Shown here: in pieces, positions 10,043 to 21,111 of the stretch
Numbering within the stretch: position 1 is the stretch's first letter
Layout of the letters: each line of letters starts with the position of its first letter
Translations under genes and position numbers: made by a program
Assembly (NCBI GenBank): GCA_019240405.1
Contig: JAFAYL010000023.1
Span: forward strand, 34,498 to 98,497
DNA length: 64,000 nucleotides
Direction: 5' to 3'
Source: Acidobacteriaceae bacterium
Lineage (GTDB): Bacteria; Acidobacteriota; Terriglobia; Bryobacterales; Bryobacteraceae
The notes under the pieces: model-generated
What the model saw: the letters and a program-made list of their open reading frames with translations, nothing else
Told to the model about the DNA's origin: nothing
Databases searched by the model: none

Positions 10043-10587
10043 TAATTTCTGGAAAAGTAACCGGGCATGGGTCCCTGGTCTTCATCCTCTTCGAGCTCGG
10101 CTGCGGCGTCCAGCTCGGCAATGATGTCCGTTAAGCTCTGATACCACTCGGTACGCATTTCATATATATAGATCCGGGAGTCGATATCAAACGAAAGCTC
10201 GACGAGACAGGTGAAGCCCTCATAACTTTGCAACTCGCGCAATCGAGTCTCGAAATTGTGCTTCTCTTCCCAGCCGAGCTTGCTATCTTCCAGTTGGTCG
10301 AGCGCCTCATCGATCTCATCTAGCGAGAACGCCTGATGGGCAAAGACGACCAGTTTGGCGCCGGCTTTCCGCCCCGCTTCGATGAATTCGCGGAAATTCG
10401 GGTGAGCGCTTACGTCCCAGTACACCTGGAGCGGCGAATCGATTATCCGTGAGCGGCCGTGGAACACGGCAACTCCAACCTCTTGAAGATAATCCTCTAT
10501 CTGCGTTTTCAGGGTTTCGAGATCGACGGCCATTCGCTTCACCCTATCAGATTTGAGCAGAGTGGCAGGCGAGAAGAAAAATTTCAC
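10042..10587 (-). CDS. hypothetical protein, acidic C-terminus, translationally coupled to recJ
   Basis: ORF only, with no motif recognised. Its stop overlaps the recJ ATG (TAATG at 10040-10044). An internal ATG (MAVDLETL...) is an alternative start. Confidence 0.5.
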   Translation of the reverse strand: MKFFFSPATLLKSDRVKRMAVDLETLKTQIEDYLQEVGVAVFHGRSRIIDSPLQVYWDVSAHPNFREFIEAGRKAGAKLVVFAHQAFSLDEIDEALDQLEDSKLGWEEKHNFETRLRELQSYEGFTCLVELSFDIDSRIYIYEMRTEWYQSLTDIIAELDAAAELEEDEDQGPMPGYFSRN

Positions 10588-10715
10588 GGTCTCAAAAATT
10601 AGTGGAAACTCTCTAGTTGGGCTTCTAGTCTGATTATGTGAGTATAAGCGAAGTTCGACCTGAGAGCTTCTACATACCTCAGCAACTTATTTTATAAGCT
10701 TGGTACGATAAACAT

Positions 10716-11249
10716 ATGCACCTTGTTTATAGCTTGCTACGACGAGGATTCACCTCCTTTTCGAAGCAACTGATGATCGTGGTAGGGCTACTGGCTCTTC
10801 CACTGACCATTCGGACTGAGAACCGGCCATCAGGGGTTGAGATACCTACTACGAAACAACCAGGACCGTTTCAATCAGATCCGAGAACCGTTCGGCTGAA
10901 GAGATTCTTCTCAAAATTGCACTGTCCTGTCAGCGACCTGGCCGAGGATTTCGTCCAGGCCGCTGACGACAATCGACTAGACTGGCGCCTTCTCCCGAGT
11001 ATCTCGGTAATCGAGTCCGGAGGAGGAAAGGCGTACAGAAATAACAACATCCTGGGATGGAATCAGGGCCTGGAGCCATTCCCAACTATCCGGGCGGGAA
11101 TTCACGCGGTAGCATTTAAACTCGCGAAGAGCCCGCTTTATCAGAACCGAGACGTGCTTGGCAAATTGCGGTTATATAACCCAAACGAAAGCTATGCGGG
11201 CTCGGTGCTTGCGGTCATGAACCGCATTAGTCCGGCGGCTGCGCTTTAG
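10716..11249 (+). CDS. membrane-anchored/secreted protein with glucosaminidase-like (FlgJ C-terminal type) motif
   Basis: N-terminal hydrophobic segment. ISVIESGGGKAYRNNNILGW resembles the ALESGWGK...NNLFGI core of the mannosyl-glycoprotein endo-beta-N-acetylglucosaminidase domain. Confidence 0.45.
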   Translation: MHLVYSLLRRGFTSFSKQLMIVVGLLALPLTIRTENRPSGVEIPTTKQPGPFQSDPRTVRLKRFFSKLHCPVSDLAEDFVQAADDNRLDWRLLPSISVIESGGGKAYRNNNILGWNQGLEPFPTIRAGIHAVAFKLAKSPLYQNRDVLGKLRLYNPNESYAGSVLAVMNRISPAAAL

Positions 11250-11295
11250 CCAGCGCGCTGAGGCACCAAAGAATACGATTCCGAGTAGCTCCGGA

Positions 11296-11333
11296 CGGCC
11301 GCTGACGGCAGAAGTAAAACCGTTCAGCGGCCG
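11296..11333. terminator. GC-rich hairpin between convergent genes (possible bidirectional terminator or RNA stabiliser, no U-tract)
   Basis: CGGCCGCTGACGG (11296-11308) pairs with CCGTTCAGCGGCCG (11320-11333) with one bulged base and an 11-nt loop. The right arm contains the stop codon of the minus-strand CCA-type gene. Confidence 0.4.
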
Positions 11334-12634
11334 AAACTAGCTGATCGCCTCCCGGAAAGCGGCGGGAGAGGAGGAGGCTCCTCGACCACGACCTTCTTCG
11401 GGCGGGCATCTAAGCGCGCGGCAATCATCTGCTGATGGAGCTTTGCGAATTTGGGGGTTCCCGGTTGCGCCCCTCGCTCCAGGACGTCTTTTTCCGTTAT
11501 CTCTTGAGCGGCGGGAAGATATTTTTGGAGATAGTTTTTCACGCGGTCGACGACAAGCCGCTGTCCTGAGCGCATTAATAGGAAAAGAAGGATCTCGCCG
11601 GGGACTTTGGATAGGGTCTGGTAAAGGGCGGAGGGTCGCTGGAGTTTAGCGGTTGCGAGCTCCTTTTCGATCTTCTTAGCCTTGGCTTCTAATCTCATTG
11701 CGGCGTCGACTCGCCGCCTGGGCAGATCTAGGGCCGCGACTAATTGAGAGCGCTCTCGTGAACTAAGTTTTTCAAATAGCACAAACAGGAAAAGCGGGTA
11801 GTGCTCAACACGGAGGTTCACGCCTGAGGTCAGAACTTGACGCCCCTTTTGCAGCTTCTGGAACGTAAGCAAATTCAATTTAGGTCCGGACAAGGCGGGC
11901 GAAATCAGATAGAGAAGATTCTCGTCCTCAAGCGCCTTGAGGATGTCGCCTGCGAGGGGATCGAGCGCGATTTGCGCGAGCTCGTGCTCGAGAGCGGAGC
12001 GAGGGATTTTTGTTTCCAACTTTGCCTCGCGAACGTTCTGGTATTGGGAAAGCGTACGCTCCTCGATCGTGAAACCAAGCCGGACGCGCAGGCGAATCAT
12101 CCGCAAGATGCGCGATGGATCGTCATAAAGCGTGTAGTTACTAACGGCGCGAATCTCCTTTCGGCTTAGATCGCCAAGACCGTTTGTGGGATCGAGGAGC
12201 AGCCCGCGAGAGGCTCTGTTTAACGAGAGCGCGATGGCGTTGATGGTGAAATCGCGGCAGCGCAGATCATCGTGAATAATGGCGAGCTCGACGTGCGGCT
12301 TGCCCCCGGGTTTCGGAAAGCGTTCCTGGTGGGCCAAGGAGATACTGGCACTTACGTTATCCCCGAAGCGCAATTCGGCAGCTTTGCGATTTTCGTCGAG
12401 ATTGAGGATTTCGGCTTTGGTTTGCTTCGCAACTGTCCTGATGAATTTGGTGCTGCCGCCCTCCAGGGTGAAATCGAGATCGCGAATGGGAAAACCGCCC
12501 ATCATGTCGCGCATCGCGCCGCCGGTGAGAAACAGATTCAGGTTCTCCCGGTCCGCTGCTTGCCGGATTTCGGACAAAAGCTTGCTTTGTTCACTACTCA
12601 GGTGACTGTCAAGCACGAACATGTAGTCACTCAT
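11324..12634 (-). CDS. CCA-adding enzyme / poly(A) polymerase family nucleotidyltransferase
   Basis: The head-domain motif LTGGAMRDMMGGFPIRDLDF matches GGxVRD...DxD. Length 436 aa. ATGA overlap with xerD. Confidence 0.8.
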   Translation of the reverse strand: MSDYMFVLDSHLSSEQSKLLSEIRQAADRENLNLFLTGGAMRDMMGGFPIRDLDFTLEGGSTKFIRTVAKQTKAEILNLDENRKAAELRFGDNVSASISLAHQERFPKPGGKPHVELAIIHDDLRCRDFTINAIALSLNRASRGLLLDPTNGLGDLSRKEIRAVSNYTLYDDPSRILRMIRLRVRLGFTIEERTLSQYQNVREAKLETKIPRSALEHELAQIALDPLAGDILKALEDENLLYLISPALSGPKLNLLTFQKLQKGRQVLTSGVNLRVEHYPLFLFVLFEKLSSRERSQLVAALDLPRRRVDAAMRLEAKAKKIEKELATAKLQRPSALYQTLSKVPGEILLFLLMRSGQRLVVDRVKNYLQKYLPAAQEITEKDVLERGAQPGTPKFAKLHQQMIAARLDARPKKVVVEEPPPLPPLSGRRSASFGR

Positions 12635-13581
12635 GCTGGTAAACCTTTGCCTGCGGTGACGCGAGTCGGCGAATTAGTTTTCCGCGACGCGCGGGGATGG
12701 TGCTGATCGACTGTTTGACGAAGCCGCGAGCGCATGACGTGCGTGTAGATTTGCGTCGTTCCGATATCCGCGTGGCCGAGCATAGCCTGAACGCTGCGCA
12801 GGTCCGCTCCGCCTTCTAGCAAATGTGTAGCGAAGGTGTGGCGTACGACGTGCGGACTTACGCCGTGAAAAATGCCGGCATTTTTCACGTGGGCTCGGAG
12901 CAGTTTCCAAAAGCCTTGGCGTGTCATTCGCGTACCGCGAGCCGTGACGAAAAGATATGGCGTCACGCGTCCCTTAAGAAGGCGGGGCCGTTGTTCCGAA
13001 CGGTATCGCTCTACTGCCCTCAAAGCTTCTCGTCCGACGGGCACGAGCCGTTGCTTGTTTCCTTTGCCAATCACCCGAACCATACCCTCGCTTTCGTCGA
13101 GATCGGAAACGCGGAGCGCGGTAAGCTCGCTTACCCGCAACCCGGAGGCATAAAGGAGATCCAGCATGGCGCGATCACGAAGGCCAGTGCGAGAGTCTTC
13201 GCGGGGCGCTTGAAGCAGATGGTTCAGCCGGAAAGAATCCAGATACTTGGGAAGAGACGTTCCAATCTTCGGGGCAACCAGAAGCTCGGCAGGATTGGCC
13301 GGTAAGACGCCCTCTTCCATCAAGTAACCGAAAAAACCGCGAAGGGTGGTGACGTGCCGGGCGATGGAACGATTCGAGAGCCCGGCCGCTCGGAGATGAT
13401 CGAGATAAGAACGAAGCGTGTCGAGGTTTATGAAGGTGAGCGGCAATCGTCGGAGGAAGGCGCTCAGTCTGGCAAGGTCTCGGCGATACGCGTGTAAACT
13501 GTTGGCTGCTAAACCTTTTTCGATCCGGCAGAAGTGCAGGTAGGACCGTACTCGTTCATCGGATGGCGTCAATCCTGCCAT
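12631..13581 (-). CDS. xerD: site-specific tyrosine recombinase XerD
   Basis: MTRQGFWKLL, HVVRHTFATHLLEGGADLRSVQAMLGHADIGTTQIYTHV and a C-terminal HHPRA closely resemble E. coli XerD. No flanking att, tRNA or phage genes. Confidence 0.8.
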   Translation of the reverse strand: MAGLTPSDERVRSYLHFCRIEKGLAANSLHAYRRDLARLSAFLRRLPLTFINLDTLRSYLDHLRAAGLSNRSIARHVTTLRGFFGYLMEEGVLPANPAELLVAPKIGTSLPKYLDSFRLNHLLQAPREDSRTGLRDRAMLDLLYASGLRVSELTALRVSDLDESEGMVRVIGKGNKQRLVPVGREALRAVERYRSEQRPRLLKGRVTPYLFVTARGTRMTRQGFWKLLRAHVKNAGIFHGVSPHVVRHTFATHLLEGGADLRSVQAMLGHADIGTTQIYTHVMRSRLRQTVDQHHPRASRKTNSPTRVTAGKGLPA

Positions 13582-13641
13582 TCTGCCAATGATACAATAT
13601 TCGCGAAATTGTTTTAAACAGGCTCGACTTTTTCACTTACT

Positions 13642-14142
13642 GTGGCATCCAGCACCGTTAAACGAGTCGTCGTATACCGATTCGATCGCCAGCCGCTCGA
13701 AGGGGTCATCAACCCCAGCGCGTACCTGCTGGATAACCATCTGGAGCTGATAACGCTGCAGGGAAATCTGCAGATGGTCCCATATGTGGAAATAAAGGCA
13801 GTGTGCTTCGTTTCTGAGGCGGGGGAAGCGGATCTATTTACAGAGCACAATTTATTCGAACGTCGTCCAAAAGTACCCGGGCTGTGGACGCGGTTCACAT
13901 TTCGTGACGGGGACCGCCTAGACGGCATTCTTTCGCATAACCTGCTTGATTGGCCGGAGCGCGGTTATTCTATTACGCCGGCTGGATCGGGAGCCAAGCG
14001 ACAGCGGGTCTTTGTGCCTCGGACCGCGGTGGTGAGCACGGAATTGCGCGGGGTCGTCGGGGGCTCATTAATGGGATTGGCGCAACGGGAGAAGAAGGGA
14101 GCCGTTAGCGCTGGGGGTCAGTTGTCGATGTTCGACTCCTAA
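13642..14142 (+). CDS. hypothetical protein
   Basis: 166-aa ORF with a GTG start and no recognised motif. Its 3' end overlaps the convergent gene by 38 nt. Confidence 0.45.
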   Translation: MASSTVKRVVVYRFDRQPLEGVINPSAYLLDNHLELITLQGNLQMVPYVEIKAVCFVSEAGEADLFTEHNLFERRPKVPGLWTRFTFRDGDRLDGILSHNLLDWPERGYSITPAGSGAKRQRVFVPRTAVVSTELRGVVGGSLMGLAQREKKGAVSAGGQLSMFDS

Positions 14143-14728
14143 GCGTTGCAGCGGCGGCGGTACTCCGAGACTCTGACGGACTGAGGCGGTGAGTGAGGAC
14201 CTGCCGCCACTCGCTCTGAGGACTGCCGGGACTTAGCCAGAGAAACGCAATTTCACGGATGGTGAGTCGGGGCGCACAGTGTGAAGCCCCCCAGTTAAGC
14301 TCACATTGCTGTTGAACGGCGTCGAGAACAGCGGGGGAGACTGGGCCACCCAAGGTGAGATGCGGCTGGAACTCGAACTCTTCCGTGTCGTAGAGATCGC
14401 CAGTGTTCAGCGCCTTATGAAGATCGCGGATAAAAGCGCTGCCTTCCGTCACGTCAAGGTACAGAAACTTGGTTTCTGGAAACCGGCAAACGCGACACAA
14501 TTCGACATTAAAAGCGGGAAAATCGTCGAGAATCGCGCGCGCTTGTTCGACGGCCGCCTCGACCGGAATCTTGAGGCGGCGGGGTGGGAGAAGCGTGATA
14601 TGGGCGGGGGACCTGTCGTTACCAGGAAGGGTTTCTCGCATTTGTTGAAGAAACGCGCCGAGGGGTTCAGGAACGTAAGCGACTAGCGCAAAAAAGCCCC
14701 ACGGAGGAGATGCCAGAATGCCGTTCAT
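14105..14728 (-). CDS. 2H phosphoesterase superfamily protein (LigT / 2'-5' RNA ligase-like)
   Basis: Two H-x-T-x motifs, HITLLPPR and HLTLGGP, at the expected spacing. Confidence 0.7.
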   Translation of the reverse strand: MNGILASPPWGFFALVAYVPEPLGAFLQQMRETLPGNDRSPAHITLLPPRRLKIPVEAAVEQARAILDDFPAFNVELCRVCRFPETKFLYLDVTEGSAFIRDLHKALNTGDLYDTEEFEFQPHLTLGGPVSPAVLDAVQQQCELNWGASHCAPRLTIREIAFLWLSPGSPQSEWRQVLTHRLSPSESRSTAAAATLRSRTSTTDPQR

Positions 14729-14758
14729 TTTCGGATCCAGGATGTCGGGTAAATCTAG

Positions 14759-15106
14759 TTAGCAATGCGGAGGTATGCCTGCAGGCGCAGACACTTCCGC
14801 AGCAGCGTTCCCGGGACTCGGCGGTCCGGGCACGTACCAGGAGGCAGGCTCAAAACCGATGTATTTCGTAATGAGGAGCTGTCCTGGCGTGTCATCGACG
14901 TGACTCATCTCGAGTAAATCGCCTGGACGAAGAGGCCGGGTTTCGGTGAGCAGCGCTTTCCAAAGTGCGTAGGGGGTTGGCGCTTCCCGTTCCTCGCCGA
15001 GGTCGTAATCCTTAGGCTTGACAACCGCCGCACCGCCGGTATGCGGAGCCCAGCGGAAATTTTCCCTTGCCGCCTCCTTGATTCGGTGAATGCGATACAA
15101 AGGCAT
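14759..15106 (-). CDS. hypothetical protein
   Basis: ORF-track start is a TTG at 15187. The ATG at 15106 (MPLYRIHRIKEAA...) leaves a realistic divergent promoter gap to the adaptor gene. No motif recognised. Confidence 0.4.
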   Translation of the reverse strand: MPLYRIHRIKEAARENFRWAPHTGGAAVVKPKDYDLGEEREAPTPYALWKALLTETRPLRPGDLLEMSHVDDTPGQLLITKYIGFEPASWYVPGPPSPGNAAAEVSAPAGIPPHC

Positions 15107-15217
15107 TTTCTGGGTCCAGTTTACCGCGAGAGCAAGTAAAGAGATATAAGCCGTTACTCCCAGATGGAATGGGTACGTCTGACACAATAGTCGAGAGTTT
15201 TTAGCGCCTTGAAGGGA

Positions 15218-16429
15218 ATGAAGAAATCCTGGCTGCTGTTGATCATCCCTGTGGTGCTGGGATTGTGGTGGGCACTAGACAGCCAGGACTCTGTACCAGA
15301 AGTTCACTTTGCAGCAGTGCGGAAATTGACGATTGAGAGTACGGTTTCTACCAACGGAAAAGTGGAGCCGGTGGACTGGGCGGCGGCTAGGGCTGAGACA
15401 GCAGGAATGGTGCAGAGGATCGCGGTGCAGCGCGGCGACAGGGTGAAAGCGGGACAGGTCTTGGTGGCGCTCGACCCGACTGCGGCGCAATCGGACCTCG
15501 CGGCGGCGCATGCAAGAGCGCAAGAGGCGCGCACTCAGGTTACGACTCTAGTGCAGGGAGGCAAAGCAGCAACACTTGCGAGTTTGAATGATTCGATCCG
15601 GAGCGCCCAGGCGGCGCTCGACGTTGCGCAACGGAACTATGACGCTTTGCAACGCCTGGAACGGGAACAAGCGGCGACGAAGCTTCAGGTTCAGGATGCG
15701 AAGGATGCGCTGGATCGGGCGAAGCTGCAGCTCGCGGCCTACGAGGATCAGCGAAGAACTTTGGTGACGGGAAGCGATCGCGCGGTTGCGCAAGCCAAAC
15801 TGCGGGACGCGGAAGCGGCGGTTGCGCTGGCGCAGCACAGAGTGGCTTTGAGCGAAATCAAATCGCCGATCGATGGGACCGTGTATCAGTTCGATTTGAA
15901 GATCGGCGCATATGAGCAGCCCGGTGATCTGGTTGCGCTTGTAGGGAAGCTGGATCGCGTGAAGGTGATCGTTTATGTGGATGAGCCGGACCTGGGGCGT
16001 GTGGCGGAGAACATGCCGGTTAAGATTACATGGGAAGCGCATCCCGGGCAGGTGTGGTGGGGGCGGGTCGACCGGCTGCCGACGCAGGTAGTTGCGCAGG
16101 GAACGCGAACGGTGGGTGAAGTGAGCACGATTGTCGGGAATCCGAATCACGACTTGCTGCCGGGAGTAACCGTGAACGCGACTATTGTTTCGGCGGTGGT
16201 GAGGGATGCGCCTGCGATTCCAAAGGGAGCGCTGCGGTTTATTCAGGGGACGAGCGGTGTTTACAAATTGGACGGCAAGACGGTTGCCTGGACGCCGATC
16301 AAGACGGGCGTGAGCGACGTTAATAATGTTCAGATCGTTTCCGGAGTGAGCGTGGGAGACCGTGTTGCGGAACCGAGCGGAGATGTCGAGATCCGGGACG
16401 GAATGCGCGTGAATGCGGTGAAGAATTGA
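15218..16429 (+). CDS. efflux transporter periplasmic adaptor (HlyD/MFP family, MacA-like)
   Basis: N-terminal anchor MKKSWLLLIIPVVLGLWWAL, a long coiled-coil hairpin (AQSDLAAAHARAQEA...LQLAAYEDQRR), and barrel-sandwich and beta-barrel regions. ATG at 15218 preferred over TTG at 15209. Confidence 0.8.
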   Translation: MKKSWLLLIIPVVLGLWWALDSQDSVPEVHFAAVRKLTIESTVSTNGKVEPVDWAAARAETAGMVQRIAVQRGDRVKAGQVLVALDPTAAQSDLAAAHARAQEARTQVTTLVQGGKAATLASLNDSIRSAQAALDVAQRNYDALQRLEREQAATKLQVQDAKDALDRAKLQLAAYEDQRRTLVTGSDRAVAQAKLRDAEAAVALAQHRVALSEIKSPIDGTVYQFDLKIGAYEQPGDLVALVGKLDRVKVIVYVDEPDLGRVAENMPVKITWEAHPGQVWWGRVDRLPTQVVAQGTRTVGEVSTIVGNPNHDLLPGVTVNATIVSAVVRDAPAIPKGALRFIQGTSGVYKLDGKTVAWTPIKTGVSDVNNVQIVSGVSVGDRVAEPSGDVEIRDGMRVNAVKN

Positions 16430-16433
16430 CGAG

Positions 16434-16706
16434 CTAGTTCGCTCTCTTCTCGTTCGTCTGCTGCGGCCCGGCAATGATGTCGGGTGGTTTGCCGGGAAAA
16501 GGCGGCTGAGTTTCGGGCGGCGTGTCTCGGATGGTTGCTGGCGGCACGATGACGGTTTCGCGGCGAGTTTTAGGTCTACCCTTGTCCTTCAATTTGGCCA
16601 TGAGCGCATTCCAACATTCGGCACAGATATCGTATTCGGTCCGGTCGATTTCTTTTTGGCTGCAATCGCGGACTTCGCCGCAGAGATCACATTTGTGGAC
16701 GATCAT
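16434..16706 (-). CDS. small zinc-ribbon protein with Pro-rich tail
   Basis: CDLC...(18 aa)...CAEC four-Cys ribbon. Basic then Pro-rich C-terminus. Lies 27 nt downstream of thiC on the same strand. Confidence 0.45.
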   Translation of the reverse strand: MIVHKCDLCGEVRDCSQKEIDRTEYDICAECWNALMAKLKDKGRPKTRRETVIVPPATIRDTPPETQPPFPGKPPDIIAGPQQTNEKRAN

Positions 16707-16733
16707 GAGTGGCTCCTGTTTAGCCGAAAAACT

Positions 16734-19665
<2,932 letters not shown>

Positions 19666-19791
19666 GCACCGGCAGCAAATCTGAACACGTGCTAAATACG
19701 TATCCGTTGAAGAGACCTCTGCACGTGGCAGATTAGATGAGGAGACAAATCAGTGGCGTCCGTTGTGACGCTTGCGGTCAACCTGTAGCGC

Positions 19792-20373
19792 ATGCCCTCG
19801 CACGAAAAAGCGGATGCCCAGTTGATAGATCTCCTACGTAAGCGGGACGCGGAAGGATTGGCGGCTGCCTACGACCGTTACGGACGGATCGCTTATTCCC
19901 TGTTCCTACGCATCACACGCGACCAGAGCGCCTCAGAGGATCTGGTGCAGGAATTATTTATACGGCTATGGAACCGCGGACGGGAGTTCGACGCCAGTAA
20001 AGGTACGCTCGGCGTTTGGATTCTATCGATCGCGCGAAACATGGCGATCGATCACGTGCGATCGGCACAGGCGCGGCTGGCCGGGCGCTCGTGCTCAATT
20101 GAGCTCATCGACAAACTGTCGATGAGCGCACATTCGGCAGATCCTGAATCCATCATCGATCGCGCGAGGAGCGTGGACGCGGGATTCCGGAACCTAAATG
20201 CCAACGAGAAGCGGGTTTTAGAATTGGCCTATTTCGAGGGTTTGTCGCAATCGGAAATTGCGGCGCGGCTCAAAGAACCGTTGGGAACCGTCAAGAGCTG
20301 GACGCGATCTGCGTTGGGCCGGATGCGCAGGGCGATTCAGGGCGCCTCCGCGCAAGAGAGCGGGAACTCATGA
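19792..20373 (+). CDS. ECF-type RNA polymerase sigma-70 family factor
   Basis: Region 2 (DLVQELFIRLWNR) and region 4 HTH (LSQSEIAARLKEPLGTVKSWTRSAL). Length 193 aa. Confidence 0.85.
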   Translation: MPSHEKADAQLIDLLRKRDAEGLAAAYDRYGRIAYSLFLRITRDQSASEDLVQELFIRLWNRGREFDASKGTLGVWILSIARNMAIDHVRSAQARLAGRSCSIELIDKLSMSAHSADPESIIDRARSVDAGFRNLNANEKRVLELAYFEGLSQSEIAARLKEPLGTVKSWTRSALGRMRRAIQGASAQESGNS

Positions 20374-21089
20374 GCCATCCCGAGATGGACGAGCTGTATG
20401 AGCTGTACGTGCTCAATGCGCTCGATCGCGACGACGCCTTTCAAATTGATGCACACCTGGAGGATGATTGCGCGCATTGCCAGGAGGGGATTCGTGCGGC
20501 GCTTCAAACGACTGCTGCTCTGTCGGTGCTGGCGGATCCGGCTGAACCCACAAAAGATTTGCGCCGCCGCACTTTGAGCAGCATAAAGCCCCCGGCGCGC
20601 TCGCGGCCATGGCTGGTTGCGATAGCCGGGCTGAGTGCTGCGTGCGCGGCGCTGGTTGTGTTTTCGTTGTGGTCGGCGACTAGAATGCAGCAGATGCGCG
20701 ATCAAGTGAGCGTGCTCAGAGGCGAGCGAAATGAATTACGTTCGGCGATTGAGCTTTTGACACGATCAGACACGCGGACCGTGCAATTCGGCCAGACAGA
20801 AGAAACCCCTCATGGGCGTGTGCTGATCAGCAGCACGGGCGGCGTGGTTTTTGTGGGTATGCAATTGCCGGCATTGGATAGAGATAAGAGATTCGAGCTG
20901 TGGCTGATTCCTGCGAAAGGCGCTCCTGAGCCAGCGGGAATGTTTCGTCCGAATACTTCGGGTGAATCTGTTCACATTTCTTCGGTTCCGGCGGAAAGAT
21001 CGACGATGGCGGTAGCGGTAACCATAGAGCCGTGGGCGGGGTCGCCGGCTCCTACGACGAAGCCGTTCTTGGTGGTGCCGCTGGGGTGA
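20370..21089 (+). CDS. anti-sigma factor, RskA-type C-terminal domain
   Basis: ATGA overlap with the sigma gene. N-terminal H...CxxC segment (HLEDDCAHCQ), one TM helix, and a C-terminal FELWLIPAKGAPEPAGMF typical of the anti-sigma-K (RskA) domain. Confidence 0.7.
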   Translation: MSHPEMDELYELYVLNALDRDDAFQIDAHLEDDCAHCQEGIRAALQTTAALSVLADPAEPTKDLRRRTLSSIKPPARSRPWLVAIAGLSAACAALVVFSLWSATRMQQMRDQVSVLRGERNELRSAIELLTRSDTRTVQFGQTEETPHGRVLISSTGGVVFVGMQLPALDRDKRFELWLIPAKGAPEPAGMFRPNTSGESVHISSVPAERSTMAVAVTIEPWAGSPAPTTKPFLVVPLG

Positions 21090-21111
21090 AAGGCCGCGCC
21101 TCACCGCTACA

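Noticed and set aside
12631-13581. Tyrosine recombinase as a possible marker of an integrated mobile element.
   Set aside because: The sequence is XerD-like to the C-terminal HHPRA and is ATGA-coupled to a housekeeping nucleotidyltransferase. No tRNA, direct repeats, phage or transposase genes lie nearby.
15548-16474. 308-aa minus-strand ORF antisense to the adaptor gene.
   Set aside because: Arg/His/Pro-rich low-complexity translation with no motif. It fully overlaps a gene with clear family features.
21085-21111. GGTGA...TCACC hairpin between the convergent anti-sigma and hydrolase genes, considered as a terminator.
   Set aside because: Only a 5-bp stem with an 11-nt loop and no U-tract, which is too weak to call.
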